Positions 1-9,795 of a stretch of DNA of 64,000 bases are shown piece by piece. The position numbers and the translations under genes are program-made. Every line of letters starts with the position of its first letter. The first letter of the stretch is position 1. A model generated the notes under the pieces. That model saw only the letters and a list, made by a program, of their open reading frames with translations. It was not told the origin of the DNA and did no database searches. Origin of the DNA: Nitrospira sp. (lineage in GTDB: Bacteria; Nitrospirota; Nitrospiria; Nitrospirales; Nitrospiraceae); the NCBI GenBank assembly GCA_047150005.1, contig AP038806.1:3552001-3616000 (forward strand). The letters run 5' to 3'.

Positions 1-1038
1 CTGGCCGTCATGACGGCGCTGCTGTCTGCCACGCTGGACAACGTGACAACCGTGCTCCTGATGGCACCCGTCACGCTCTCGATCACGAAGCGCCTCGAAC
101 TCAACCCTGTGACGTTCCTGATCGTGGAAGCGATGGCGTCGAACATCGGCGGTACCGCCACCCTCGTGGGCGATCCTCCGAACATGATGATCGCCAGCAA
201 GGCCGGGCTCGGCTACCTGGATTTTCTCGTCCGCTTGGGTCCGATCGCGACCCTCATCATGGCCGCATTTCTCGGGGGCCTCTGGCTGGTCGGCGGCCGG
301 TCCATGCGGGTCGATCCTCGTCTCAGAGACGCGGCCATGATCCTCCGGACCGACGATGCGATTCAGGACCGCGGCTCGCTGCGCCGGTGCATGTGGCTGT
401 TGACTGCCGTCAACCTGGCGTTTTGCGCGCACGGTTGGCTGCGGCTGGAGCCGGCGACCATCGCCTTGCTGGGCGCCAGTCTGTTCATGCTGTTTGGACA
501 CAAACGCGGAACGGGCGGGACCGCGGAAGAGCTGTCCTATCTCGCTGAGGTGGAGTGGAAGACCATCTTTTTTTTCATCGGGTTGTTCATGCTGGTCGGA
601 GGGCTGGTGAAGGTCGGGGTCATCCGGCAGGCCGCGCAGCTGTTGGTTGCCTATACGAGCGACAATCTGGCCGTAACCACGATGGCGATTCTCTGGGGGT
701 CGGCGCTGCTCTCGGCCGTCGTCGACAACATTCCCTACGTGGCGGCGATGAACCCACTGATCGTGGACTTGGCGCGATCGCATCATCCGTCCGTGCTTGA
801 CCAGTCGTCGTTGGTCCTCCAACCTGACATCGTGCCCTTGTGGTGGGCGCTGGCGCTCGGCGCCTGCCTGGGAGGGAACGCTACGATCATCGGCGCGAGC
901 GCCAATGTCATTGTCGTGGACCTTGCGCGGAAAGCCGGCTACCCCATCTCCTTCTGGCAATTCGCCAAAATGGGCGTGCCGGTCACCATCGGATCGATGC
1001 TACTCAGCTCGCTCTACCTCTGGTGGCTGTTCCTGTGA
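1..1038 (+). CDS. ArsB/NhaD (IT superfamily) membrane transporter, 5'-truncated by window
   Basis: Multi-TM; LDNVTTVLL, SNIGGTATLVGDPPN, VDNIPY and LGGNATIIGASANV motifs; frame open from position 1. Confidence 0.88.
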   Translation: MAVMTALLSATLDNVTTVLLMAPVTLSITKRLELNPVTFLIVEAMASNIGGTATLVGDPPNMMIASKAGLGYLDFLVRLGPIATLIMAAFLGGLWLVGGRSMRVDPRLRDAAMILRTDDAIQDRGSLRRCMWLLTAVNLAFCAHGWLRLEPATIALLGASLFMLFGHKRGTGGTAEELSYLAEVEWKTIFFFIGLFMLVGGLVKVGVIRQAAQLLVAYTSDNLAVTTMAILWGSALLSAVVDNIPYVAAMNPLIVDLARSHHPSVLDQSSLVLQPDIVPLWWALALGACLGGNATIIGASANVIVVDLARKAGYPISFWQFAKMGVPVTIGSMLLSSLYLWWLFL

Positions 1039-1091
1039 CGGCTCCTATCCCGAACAACGACCTCATCGTTCGATCGTCCACCTCCGCTCGG

Positions 1092-1319
1092 TCACGCCGA
1101 CGGGGCGATGGTCCCCCGGCCATAGAGCACCAACCGATCATAGGAGGTCGTGCAGTCAGGACAATAGGTCCGGGACAATAGAATGTCTTCCGCATGGACG
1201 AGATGTCGCTTGGCGTACTCGGTGATTGTGCACCACTCGGGACCGGTGGACTCGACCCGGTGCTCATCCTTCACTTTCCGACAGACCTCACAACAGAACG
1301 CAACGTGGATGTCCGACAT
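1092..1319 (-). CDS. Small Cys-rich (CCxxC...CPxC) putative Zn-binding protein
   Basis: CCEVC...SRTYCPDC; GGAG RBS; resembles 41449..41691. Confidence 0.65.
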   Translation of the reverse strand: MSDIHVAFCCEVCRKVKDEHRVESTGPEWCTITEYAKRHLVHAEDILLSRTYCPDCTTSYDRLVLYGRGTIAPSA

Positions 1320-1432
1320 CGCAATCTCCTCCCCACTTGGGTCATGTGGGATTGATACCCATGGCCTCACCGTCATGGCGTCATCGGTACGATGCCGGCG
1401 GCGGCGAGGGGTAAAACGAGGAAGCGGACGTT

Positions 1433-1720
1433 CTAGACGTCCGGATTCGGGGGACGCAAGAGGGTGCGATCGTCGCCGGTCCGGCGAAACTTCGGGAGAC
1501 GTTCGACCGCCAGGCCGATGATGGCGGGAGGGTGCAATTCAAGGTGGCTGACGGGAAGCGAGAACCCCTCAAAGAGCAAACTCTTGGAAAGGTCCGACTC
1601 AAATTCACAGGCCCAGAGCGTCAAGGTCGTGCCCAAGACCTGCATCAAGACGCAGAGGCACAGGAAGCCGAAGGTCAAAACCGTGAGGAGACGCCGCTGA
1701 GATCCGTGAGTCAGGGGCAT
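1433..1720 (-). CDS. Small hypothetical protein with N-terminal hydrophobic segment
   Basis: ORF with RBS-like GAGGA; no recognisable family. Confidence 0.45.
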   Translation of the reverse strand: MPLTHGSQRRLLTVLTFGFLCLCVLMQVLGTTLTLWACEFESDLSKSLLFEGFSLPVSHLELHPPAIIGLAVERLPKFRRTGDDRTLLRPPNPDV

Positions 1721-1787
1721 GGAAAGTCCTCAAGAGTGGGGCGCAGTGTAGGGACTTAGCAGTGGTCCTGTCAACGCCCTTGTCGAG

Positions 1788-4037
1788 TTACCCTTCGACC
1801 TTGATCGTGATGGAAGTCGCGGCCCAGTCCGGAGGTGGACCGGCAGAGACGGCCGGCTCCGGCATGACCGCTGCATCCGCCGGCATAGGAAGCTCGGTAT
1901 GCGCGACGGCCGGCACTGTCGCGGCCGGCTCCGGTTGCGGCTCCGCGGCAGCCTGGCCCGGTACGTGGGGCGTCGGGTCATAGACGGCAATGATGCCGCG
2001 CGCCGCTCTCGTCGTCAGACTCTCTCTGATGCCGCCGATCTCAGTGGAGACTGCGCGGGTGCCGACGGTTGGAGAGCGCTTGGCGGCCGCGGCAGCTTGG
2101 ATACTCCTGATCCGCTGGCGAAGCAGTTGGGCCGTGTCGAGATCCGTGCTGCTGAAGACACGGACAGTATCCGTTCCCTTGGGCGGAGCATAGTCCCAGT
2201 AGAATCCGGCATGGTTGCCGTTCTGCAATGAGTCGGGAATCAAGACCGTTTCGCCGGCCCGAACGTGCCCGTCGGTATAGAAGCCTGCCTTGGTGTAGTC
2301 GTTGGGAAACAACAGATTCACGCCGCCCTCTGCGTCTACGTCCACGACCGTCAGGTAAGAGTCCGCGCTGACTTTGATCTCGAGTTGAAGACTGTTCTCA
2401 GATGTGCGGGGTTTGCCGGATTTTCTGATGCGATATTTGGCCGGCTGCGTATTGGCCGCGACGACGGCGATGCCGCGTGTACCGATGGAGGGCTTTGCCG
2501 GCACCGGCGCATTGGCGACCCGTACGTCGATGCGCAATTGAGATGAGGGATTGTCGAGCGTGAGCAGTTCCGAGGCGGTGGCGGAGCGAGACACGACCAT
2601 CGCCAGACCGGCGCCCCAGTTATCGCCGTCACCGCCGAACGAACCGACCAATTGCAGCCCGTCGGCCGCGAAGAGCTTCACCTCGTTGTCCTGAGCCTGG
2701 ACCAGATAGCGGGGGGACTGATCCGGTCCCACGATCGCGACGTGGGGAATGTATTTCGCCAGGACATCCTCGATGTGCTTGCGCTTGCCGTCGGTCGCGT
2801 CGAGGACTTGAATGGGAATCCTGTCGCCAGTCGGAGCGGGCAGAAACGCCACGGCGCGTGCATGATCCGGAATCCTCCTGTCGGCCGGTTGAAATGTGGC
2901 CTTGGCGTCTTGCCCCGCCAGCTGGATGACCGTCGCGATCGCGATGGCGCGCCCTGGGGCAAATGCCGTGTCTCCCGGCGGATAGACAGCCCAGGTCGAT
3001 CCGGGCACGGCGCCGAGCAATAGTCCGTTGATCAATGTCATCGACCCGGCTTCGCCCGGCTTGACCTCGACCCAGGCCAAACGCGGATTCGAGCCGCCGG
3101 CGGCGAAAGTTCCCGGCGCGCCGGAGGAGCCCAACAGCGGGGTTTCCAGCAGATCCGGCGGCGCTTCAAGTTGGGGTTCGGGCATCGAGGCGCGGCCGAA
3201 ATGCAGTTGAATGCGCTTGAGTTCGGCTTCGACTCCGCGAAAGACTTCTCGCGGCGACGCGGAGGACGGCGCCGAGCGAAGGCTTCGCGACAGGGCATAG
3301 GAGAAAAAGCCGTGATACCGTCCCTCCACCGGACCGTCCAGCGCCTCCTGGTGCGAAGCGGCGCCTGTCATGAGCACGTAGCGCGCGGGCAGCGTCTGAA
3401 TGCCGCCCCTGGTCCTCACCTCCGATCCGGGAGCCGGCCGGTAGAGGTCGAGTCGGGTGTCTTGAGGAATGGACCGGGTTCGGATGTCGAGCGAGCGGGT
3501 CGCCGTACCGGAATGGCAGGAGTCGAGCACGATGAAGGCGCGGCTGGTCGGCAGACGTGTGAAAATGGCCTCCAGTTCGTCATCCGTAATGTCGGGAATC
3601 GTGCCGCTCCGTCCGTCCTGTGGGACGAGGGTTTCGTCGAGATTGTCCTCGGGCTCATCGCCGTTGAGATCCGCCACCTGCGAGCCGTGTCCGGAATAGT
3701 GGATGTACACCATGTCTTGCGGCCCGGTTTCGCCGACGAACTGATTGAGCGCCGCCAAGATGCCCGCGCGCGTAGCCTGTTCGTCGGTGAGCAGGCGGAT
3801 GTGATGTTCCGCGAAGCCCCATCGGGTGATGAGGATCTGTTTCATCGTGTCGATATCGTTCAACGAGCCTTGCAGTTTGGGTACGGCCCGGTACTTGTTG
3901 ATGCCGATCAGCAGCGCCCGCTTCGTGCCGCCGCCTGTTCCTCCTGCGGCCTGGCCCGCAGCGTGATCGTGAAGCGCGCACGCCCAGAGCATGAGGAGGG
4001 CGGCCAAGAAGACGCTGGAGCAGGACGGAGCCTTCAT
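1788..4037 (-). CDS. Secreted caspase-family (peptidase C14, metacaspase/orthocaspase-like) protein with C-terminal DUF4384-like domain
   Basis: Signal peptide; KRALLIGINKY, HYSGHG and LDSCHSG His/Cys dyad; YLTVVDVDAEGGVNLLFPN DUF4384 signature. Confidence 0.9.
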   Translation of the reverse strand: MKAPSCSSVFLAALLMLWACALHDHAAGQAAGGTGGGTKRALLIGINKYRAVPKLQGSLNDIDTMKQILITRWGFAEHHIRLLTDEQATRAGILAALNQFVGETGPQDMVYIHYSGHGSQVADLNGDEPEDNLDETLVPQDGRSGTIPDITDDELEAIFTRLPTSRAFIVLDSCHSGTATRSLDIRTRSIPQDTRLDLYRPAPGSEVRTRGGIQTLPARYVLMTGAASHQEALDGPVEGRYHGFFSYALSRSLRSAPSSASPREVFRGVEAELKRIQLHFGRASMPEPQLEAPPDLLETPLLGSSGAPGTFAAGGSNPRLAWVEVKPGEAGSMTLINGLLLGAVPGSTWAVYPPGDTAFAPGRAIAIATVIQLAGQDAKATFQPADRRIPDHARAVAFLPAPTGDRIPIQVLDATDGKRKHIEDVLAKYIPHVAIVGPDQSPRYLVQAQDNEVKLFAADGLQLVGSFGGDGDNWGAGLAMVVSRSATASELLTLDNPSSQLRIDVRVANAPVPAKPSIGTRGIAVVAANTQPAKYRIRKSGKPRTSENSLQLEIKVSADSYLTVVDVDAEGGVNLLFPNDYTKAGFYTDGHVRAGETVLIPDSLQNGNHAGFYWDYAPPKGTDTVRVFSSTDLDTAQLLRQRIRSIQAAAAAKRSPTVGTRAVSTEIGGIRESLTTRAARGIIAVYDPTPHVPGQAAAEPQPEPAATVPAVAHTELPMPADAAVMPEPAVSAGPPPDWAATSITIKVEG

Positions 4038-4121
4038 GAGATCACCTTTCGGGCCTCTTCAGACAAGGCCGGTTCACGAATGCCTTTCCTTCGCGCCATG
4101 TCGCGACTCCTCTGATCGTTT

Positions 4122-4147
4122 GTCGTTCGCATGCGTGAAGCGGTTCA
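4122..4147 (-). promoter_or_regulatory. Putative ECF promoter TGAACC-N16-CGAC upstream of the caspase
   Basis: Minus strand TGAACC-gcttcacgcatgcgaa-CGAC; -35 overlaps the anti-sigma stop codon. Confidence 0.7.
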
Positions 4148-4822
4148 CGGCCCAACGGCGTCGGCATGCAGGACGACGCGGTCTTGCCCCCGGAGCATGT
4201 TCAGGATCTGACGGGACGTTGCAGGATCCGCCGCCTTGACTTCGAGCACATAGGAGCCTCCGGCAGTGGGACCGTCGACGATACGCCCGTGGACTCGGTC
4301 GACGACCTCGCGGATTTGCGCCTCGGTCGCCTGGTCATGAAAACGAACGGTAAACCGCGCGGCGGGGCTGTCGATCGATCTGGTGCTCACCGGATCCCGA
4401 TCCACCGGCATCGTCACCCAGAGTAGCAACCCGAACTGCACGGCCAGCAGAACCGTCGCCATGGAAGGAACCCACGGAACATCGAAGAGCGAGCGGAACC
4501 AGCGATCGAGGGACGCGAGGCCGCTGCCTTCGCGATCGGCGTTGCGTGCGGAGAGGCGTGTTTCCGACGCCACGTTGGACAGCACGGTTTTGGCCAACGA
4601 CGGCCTCGGTTCCGGCTGGGCTGCGTACGCCTCGTGAAGAGTCCGCCGCAGGTCCGCCCATTCGCTCAGTTCTCTCCGGCAATCCAGACAGGATTCCAAA
4701 TGGCGGGCGACCAAACGACGCTCTTCTTCTCCCAACGTTTCGTTGGCGTACCAGGGGAGCAGGGTCGCTTCCGGATGGACTCCGGCCGGGATGTGTTCCG
4801 GCTCGTTCATACGCCCGTTCAT
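4145..4822 (-). CDS. Membrane anti-sigma factor, zf-HC2 (ZAS) type, with periplasmic C-terminal domain
   Basis: LLPWY...HLESCLDC (HxxxCxxC); one TM helix; overlaps sigma stop (ATGA). Confidence 0.88.
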   Translation of the reverse strand: MNGRMNEPEHIPAGVHPEATLLPWYANETLGEEERRLVARHLESCLDCRRELSEWADLRRTLHEAYAAQPEPRPSLAKTVLSNVASETRLSARNADREGSGLASLDRWFRSLFDVPWVPSMATVLLAVQFGLLLWVTMPVDRDPVSTRSIDSPAARFTVRFHDQATEAQIREVVDRVHGRIVDGPTAGGSYVLEVKAADPATSRQILNMLRGQDRVVLHADAVGP

Positions 4823-5406
4823 ACGATGGGTGCCTTCTGGTTCAGCCGATCCAGCGCTCGTTTGAGATGCTGCTTGGCGTAGAAGACTCGAGTCTTGACG
4901 GTGTTGGACGGGATACCCAACATCGTCGCGATCTCGTCGTAGGGCAGTTCCTCATAGAAGACCAGGCGCAAGACTTCCTGATGCTCGCGCGACAGCGCAG
5001 CCAGCGCCCGCTTCGTCAAAGCCTCGACTTGTTGTCGGTGGATCCCTTCCAGGGGACCGTCGCAGGTGTTCGGAAGTTCGGCGACCTCGTCGAGATCGAC
5101 TTCGCGCTGCCGGCGTCCGGTCCGTCGCAGGGCGTCCAGCGACTTGTGGCGCGCGATACCGAAGATCCAGGTGGAGAGGCGTGACGTACCGGAAAAGGTT
5201 CCGGCGCCCCGCCAGATGGCGATCATGGTTTCCCCGACCACGTCCTCGGCGACCGTCTGGTCGTTGACGAGGCTGTACACGTATTGGTACAGGCGCTTCT
5301 CATACAGATGGTAGAGACGTTCAAAGGCGGCTTGTTCGCCGGCTGCCACGGCACCAAGGAGGTCACTCTCCGAATCCTCACGGTCGTGAGTCGTGTCCAT
5401 GGCCAC
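4819..5406 (-). CDS. ECF RNA polymerase sigma-70 factor
   Basis: Region 2 (AEDVVGETMIAIW, STWIFGIARH) and region 4 (YDEIATMLGIPSNTVKTR). Confidence 0.95.
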   Translation of the reverse strand: MAMDTTHDREDSESDLLGAVAAGEQAAFERLYHLYEKRLYQYVYSLVNDQTVAEDVVGETMIAIWRGAGTFSGTSRLSTWIFGIARHKSLDALRRTGRRQREVDLDEVAELPNTCDGPLEGIHRQQVEALTKRALAALSREHQEVLRLVFYEELPYDEIATMLGIPSNTVKTRVFYAKQHLKRALDRLNQKAPIV

Positions 5407-5523
5407 CCAAGTTCAGTCTGCCGTCTGTATCGCCCGGGAGGCCTTTGCTGTAGCATATTTGCCTTGGCCCCTCAATAGGACAGCCTTTGATTGACCAGTC
5501 TTCCAGGGCGGTCTACAATGCGC

Positions 5524-5549
5524 TGAACCTTTTGCTGTATCGTCGCGAC
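5524..5549 (+). promoter_or_regulatory. Putative ECF promoter TGAACC-N16-CGAC
   Basis: TGAACC-ttttgctgtatcgtcg-CGAC ending 28 nt before GTG 5578. Confidence 0.7.
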
Positions 5550-5577
5550 GTACGGAACAGCATAGGGGAAATCAGAC

Positions 5578-7173
5578 GTGGTGAAACAATACTGGCAGGG
5601 CATGCGAGAGGCTGGAACGGGACGGGGAGTCGGACTTGCCCTGCTCGGACCGCTTGTCCTCAGCTCTTGTGCCGCCGCCCCGTTTCTGATTCCGATTGCC
5701 TTCGAATTTGCCAAGAATCTCTTCCAGACCGGCCTGCAGAACTACGGATCCAAGCATCGCGATAACCTGAGTAATCTGGTCAATCGGCTCTCCAGCCCCT
5801 ATATGCAGGGACTCCCTCCCATGGCGATGGGAGGACCGGGATTGCCCGGTCAACCGGGCCAACTCGGGCAGCCCGGCGTTGGAATGCCACCAGGCTTTCC
5901 AGGACAACCGGGAATGCCGCCACCTCAGTACCCGGGACAGGCAGCCTATCCGGGACAAATGGGAGGCTATGATCCAAACAGCGCGGGCATGACCTCCTCC
6001 GGTGCCGCCGCCTATCCCGGATCACCGACTAATCCCTATGGAGGCGCGCAGAGTCTTCCGGGTCAACCGGGAATGAATCCGTTCGATCCGAGCAATCCAT
6101 ATGGAACCGCCGCGGCGAATCCTTACGGGCAACAGACCAATCCGTACGGGACTGCTTCCCCCTATGGCCAGCAGATGAATCCATATGGGACGACGGGAGC
6201 GAATCCCTACGGCACACAGAATCCCTATGGTTCCCCGAATCCCTACGGACAGCCCACGAACCCCTACGGAACGGCGAATCCCTATGGAGCCCCTCCCGCT
6301 CAGATGCAACCGGGCTACGATCCGAACAATCCATATGGAGCAGGTGGAGCGATGCAGGGCTATGGCCAGATTCAACAAGGCTATGGCCAGGTCCAGCAAG
6401 GCTATGGCCAGGTTCAGCAAGGTTACGGACAAGCTCAGCCGGGCTACGGCCAAGTTCCGCAGGGATATGGTGCAACCTCAGCTTATGGAACGCAGCAGCA
6501 AGCCTACGCCAACTACGGAATGTCCGGCCAATCGTATGGAGGCCAGCCGTACGGAGCGGCCGGCATCTATCCTCGATCAGTGGACGGCGAACCGGTCGCC
6601 GTTGATGTGGCGCTGGTCAGACAGAAGCAGACGGCCGGCGGCAAAGAAGTCGTCTTGATGAACGACGGGGAAACCCTCAAGGACGGCGGAGCCAACAAGG
6701 AAGCAGGCGACCGCTTCAAGATCGTCGCGCGTACCAACTGCGATTGCTATCTCTACATCATTTCCATCGACGGATCCGGCTGGGCCGAAACGGTCTTCCC
6801 GGCCAAGGGCGCCGCGACAGCCAATCCCGTCAAGCAGGACCAGGAGTACGGCTTCCCCGAATCGACTTACTGGTACACCTTGGACCAGGTGAAGGGGATC
6901 GAAACGTTCTTTGTCGTCGCGTCACGGAACCGCCGAACAGACTTGGAAGAAAGCATGGAGCAACTGGCCGCGGAGGTTCGGCCGTCGACTCCGATCGTGG
7001 CGAAGGTCGAGGAACCTCCCATTATTCCGCGCGGCGTCGGTTCCGTCCAGACTCGCGGCATCGTGAAGATCCAGGACGACACCGGCACGAAGGTCCAGGT
7101 CACGCCGCTCTCCTACGCGGCGAACCCGCCTACCCAAGATGTGACGGTCACGCGGTGGTTCAAGCACGAATAG
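5578..7173 (+). CDS. Putative lipoprotein with Gly/Pro/Gln/Tyr low-complexity region and C-terminal DUF4384-like domain
   Basis: Lipobox-like LSSC; 11 NPYG repeats and QGYGQ heptads; GDRFKIV...[11 protein letters not shown]...[15 protein letters not shown]. Confidence 0.8.
   Translation: MVKQYWQGMREAGTGRGVGLALLGPLVLSSCAAAPFLIPIAFEFAKNLFQTGLQNYGSKHRDNLSNLVNRLSSPYMQGLPPMAMGGPGLPGQPGQLGQPGVGMPPGFPGQPGMPPPQYPGQAAYPGQMGGYDPNSAGMTSSGAAAYPGSPTNPYGGAQSLPGQPGMNPFDPSNPYGTAAANPYGQQTNPYGTASPYGQQMNPYGTTGANPYGTQNPYGSPNPYGQPTNPYGTANPYGAPPAQMQPGYDPNNPYGAGGAMQGYGQIQQGYGQVQQGYGQVQQGYGQAQPGYGQVPQGYGATSAYGTQQQAYANYGMSGQSYGGQPYGAAGIYPRSVDGEPVAVDVALVRQKQTAGGKEVVLMNDGETLKDGGANKEAGDRFKIVARTNCDCYLYIISIDGSGWAETVFPAKGAATANPVKQDQEYGFPESTYWYTLDQVKGIETFFVVASRNRRTDLEESMEQLAAEVRPSTPIVAKVEEPPIIPRGVGSVQTRGIVKIQDDTGTKVQVTPLSYAANPPTQDVTVTRWFKHE
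6355..6470 (+). repeat. Imperfect 21-bp coding tandem repeat (QGYGQxQ)
   Basis: caaggctatggccagg-like units repeated about 5-6 times. Confidence 0.75.
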
Positions 7174-7182
7174 CAGGATAAT

Positions 7183-8079
7183 ATGCTTCACCTGGCATTA
7201 CGGCGCGGGGCGGCCTTGGCGGTTGCGGGACTTTGCCTGAACGTATTCTTGATGTCCTTAGAAGTCCCAGCTCAGGTGTTTCCACCTCGTCAACCGCAGC
7301 CGCCCGCTCCGGCGCCGCGCCCTCCGACTCAAATGCCCGGTCAGGCGGCCATGCCTCCGCAACCGGGCGCCCTGACGAGAAACATTCCCCTCACGGCGAT
7401 TCTCGGTGATCCGACCAAGTCGTTCATCCAGCTCACCAACATGCGGAGCCCCTTCGACACGAATTTCGCCCTGGGCCGTGGACTGACCGGACGGATTACC
7501 TTGGAGAAGTACACGTATGAAGCCGGCAACGGCCAGAAGGTGTTTGTGCACGTCACAGGAGTCTCCAATCCCCCCATGGTGACGTTGGAGGGACAGGAGA
7601 TTCGCTACCAATTTCTCTTCCCGGTCATCCAGTTGAAAACCTATTACAAAGACTATTCCGGCGAGGGGGATACGGCCCTCAGCGATCTGGTCGCGGAAAA
7701 AGTCGTGGTCGACGTCTTTCTCACCCCGACCATCGACCAGCGGCGTCTGCCCACCTATCATTCCGTGCGCATTGCCGTGATCGGAGCCGTCAAGGAGGCG
7801 GACAAGTGCACGCACTTTTTCGACATGATCTTTCCGGTCAATATCTGCAAGATCGGAGCGGAGTATTTCAAACAGATTCAACCGGCCCTTGAGAATGGTA
7901 TGAGGGAAGTCTTGCTCCAGCCGCCGACACGCATGCAGTTCGAACAGCAAATCTACCAATTCATCCGCGCGGAACTCTTGTCGAAGGCCGGCATCAACCC
8001 GATGAGCCCGGCGCAAGTCGAGATCCTGCAAGGGGAGTTTCGAGGAGCGGATTACGTCGCAAGCTACCAGCCTCGCTAA
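7183..8079 (+). CDS. Secreted hypothetical protein with Pro-rich N-terminal linker
   Basis: Signal peptide; AGGA RBS; 9 nt after the upstream gene. Confidence 0.75.
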   Translation: MLHLALRRGAALAVAGLCLNVFLMSLEVPAQVFPPRQPQPPAPAPRPPTQMPGQAAMPPQPGALTRNIPLTAILGDPTKSFIQLTNMRSPFDTNFALGRGLTGRITLEKYTYEAGNGQKVFVHVTGVSNPPMVTLEGQEIRYQFLFPVIQLKTYYKDYSGEGDTALSDLVAEKVVVDVFLTPTIDQRRLPTYHSVRIAVIGAVKEADKCTHFFDMIFPVNICKIGAEYFKQIQPALENGMREVLLQPPTRMQFEQQIYQFIRAELLSKAGINPMSPAQVEILQGEFRGADYVASYQPR

Positions 8080-8102
8080 CGCAGCTAAACTCCTCCCATC
8101 CC

Positions 8103-8663
8103 TCAGTTCCCAAAGAGGTTCGGACTTCCGGTCAACACCTGGCCGTTGCCGACGGCGCTTCCTACCGCGGCAAGCGGTTTGGTGCCGTCGTTGAGCCGCA
8201 TGGTGGCTCCTTTTGCACTCAGAGTGCCTTTCGCCTCGACGGTCATCCCAGCGGCCGTGTGAATCGTGGCGTTTCCGCCGCTCCTCAGGGCCATGGTCGC
8301 GCCGGATTCAATGTTCGTGTCCGTCCCGCTCCTTACGGCGATCGATCCGGCCGACTGGATCATCGTGCCGCCCGCGCTCACGAAGGACAACGCCGGCGCT
8401 TGAATGACGGTTCCATTCGGTGAGACGTGGACGACCGATTGGATCGCAGCCAGCTGCAGCTGTAATGACTGGATCTGCTGCTGAAGCGCGGCGAGCTGCT
8501 GCTCGACCGTCATGGCCGGAATGGAGGTTGTCGGCGCGCGAAAACCCGGCTGCTGAGGACTCGTCGGTCCGGGCACCGCCCGCTCGGTGACATCATCGGC
8601 CGCGACGATCCCGCAGGGCCCAAGTGTAAGCGTCAGCAGCATGACTCTACCCAGAATCTTCAT
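8103..8663 (-). CDS. Secreted spike-like protein: coiled coil, gp5/gpV-type beta-repeat and PAAR-like tip
   Basis: Signal peptide; DDVTERAV; heptad QQLAALQQQIQSLQLQL; about 8-residue beta repeats; C-terminal KPLAAVGS...GQVLTGSPNL. Confidence 0.6.
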   Translation of the reverse strand: MKILGRVMLLTLTLGPCGIVAADDVTERAVPGPTSPQQPGFRAPTTSIPAMTVEQQLAALQQQIQSLQLQLAAIQSVVHVSPNGTVIQAPALSFVSAGGTMIQSAGSIAVRSGTDTNIESGATMALRSGGNATIHTAAGMTVEAKGTLSAKGATMRLNDGTKPLAAVGSAVGNGQVLTGSPNLFGN

Positions 8664-8719
8664 GTGCTCCCCCTCGGCAAAGGTTTGAGTGACAGCCGAA
8701 CATGGGCCATGCCGAACGG

Positions 8720-9754
8720 TCACAGGATGCTCATGTTCATCGTTTCGCAATACATCTCCACACGAACCACGGTCCCCGCCTTGGCGTTCGCCGGCTCAAG
8801 GGCATACCGCACAATGCCCAATCCGCCAAGCTGGACTGACACATTGCCGGCCTTCGCACCTGCCTGATCGGTCCACGTCAAGTGCCCCGACATTTCTCCT
8901 ACCTGCATACCCTTTACAACCGTGTCATCGAACCACTTGTAAAAAGGACCGGCGTACGCTTCGGGTAATCTGATCACGACGGGTGAACAGTCGAGGACTC
9001 CAGGCTGCTGCAGGAACTTCTCCTGTCCGGCACGCGATGCCGCGACCGGCCGTTTGGCCACGATCGCATCAACGTTGATGATTCGTTTGCAGGCATCCTC
9101 GAATCCCTGAATGGTGAAGGCGAAATTGGAGCTGACGATTTTCGCCGACTTGGCTCCCGCCATCGAGAGCACGTTCTTTCCGCTCCCTCCGGAAAAACGG
9201 GTAGACTGCGGAGCGATTCGCAGGGACAGTGCCGCGGGAGCCTTCGCTCCTACCGGGTCACAGAGAGGGGTGCCGATCTCCGTGATGACGGCCCCCATGA
9301 ATTCGAGCCGCTTGACTTCCTTGTAGTTGAAGTCCGCGTACAATATGGCCCCGTTCCTGGGGGTTGGAATTTTCGAGAGGGTATCTCCAATCCAGCCGCT
9401 CAGGGGTTTGGTGATTTGGGAAAAGTCCACGTCCAGCACAATATCCTCGAACCTCGGTGGGCCCGGCCGCTTACGCTGGATCATATCCGGCCCGACACCT
9501 TCCGAGATGATGTCGGCAAACGGGTTGCCGCCCTCGACGCCGGACAGGAGACCGGCGAATTGCCCTTCCAGTTCGAGGCCAACCGTCCCGCTCGCATACG
9601 AGCCTTTCAAGGCTGCTTCAGCCGGACTTGTCGACTCGATAAGAAATTTCGGTAGGCCGAGCAACATCGCACCTCCGGCCGCAAGGCCGACTTTGGCGAA
9701 AAAGCTGCGTCGGGAGAGCACCCTGGTCTCATCGGCGCTGGAAGAGTCGTTCAT
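8720..9754 (-). CDS. Tat-signal protein with two tandem phage tail-tube (T4 gp19/Afp1-like) domains
   Basis: SRRSFF...AEA Tat signal; LELEGQFAGLLSGVEGG, KRPGPPRFEDIVL, RNGAILYADFNYKEVKRLEF; second degenerate copy. Confidence 0.65.
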   Translation of the reverse strand: MNDSSSADETRVLSRRSFFAKVGLAAGGAMLLGLPKFLIESTSPAEAALKGSYASGTVGLELEGQFAGLLSGVEGGNPFADIISEGVGPDMIQRKRPGPPRFEDIVLDVDFSQITKPLSGWIGDTLSKIPTPRNGAILYADFNYKEVKRLEFMGAVITEIGTPLCDPVGAKAPAALSLRIAPQSTRFSGGSGKNVLSMAGAKSAKIVSSNFAFTIQGFEDACKRIINVDAIVAKRPVAASRAGQEKFLQQPGVLDCSPVVIRLPEAYAGPFYKWFDDTVVKGMQVGEMSGHLTWTDQAGAKAGNVSVQLGGLGIVRYALEPANAKAGTVVRVEMYCETMNMSIL

Positions 9755-9795
9755 GAAGACTCCTTTCACAATAGGGGTAACGCATGGTCCATAGG

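Noticed and set aside
6020..6470. CRISPR-like array
   Set aside because: The repeats are degenerate, in-frame coding repeats without unique spacers, and no cas genes are present.
8103..9754. Complete T6SS, eCIS or prophage
   Set aside because: No sheath, baseplate, ATPase, capsid or terminase genes are visible in the window.
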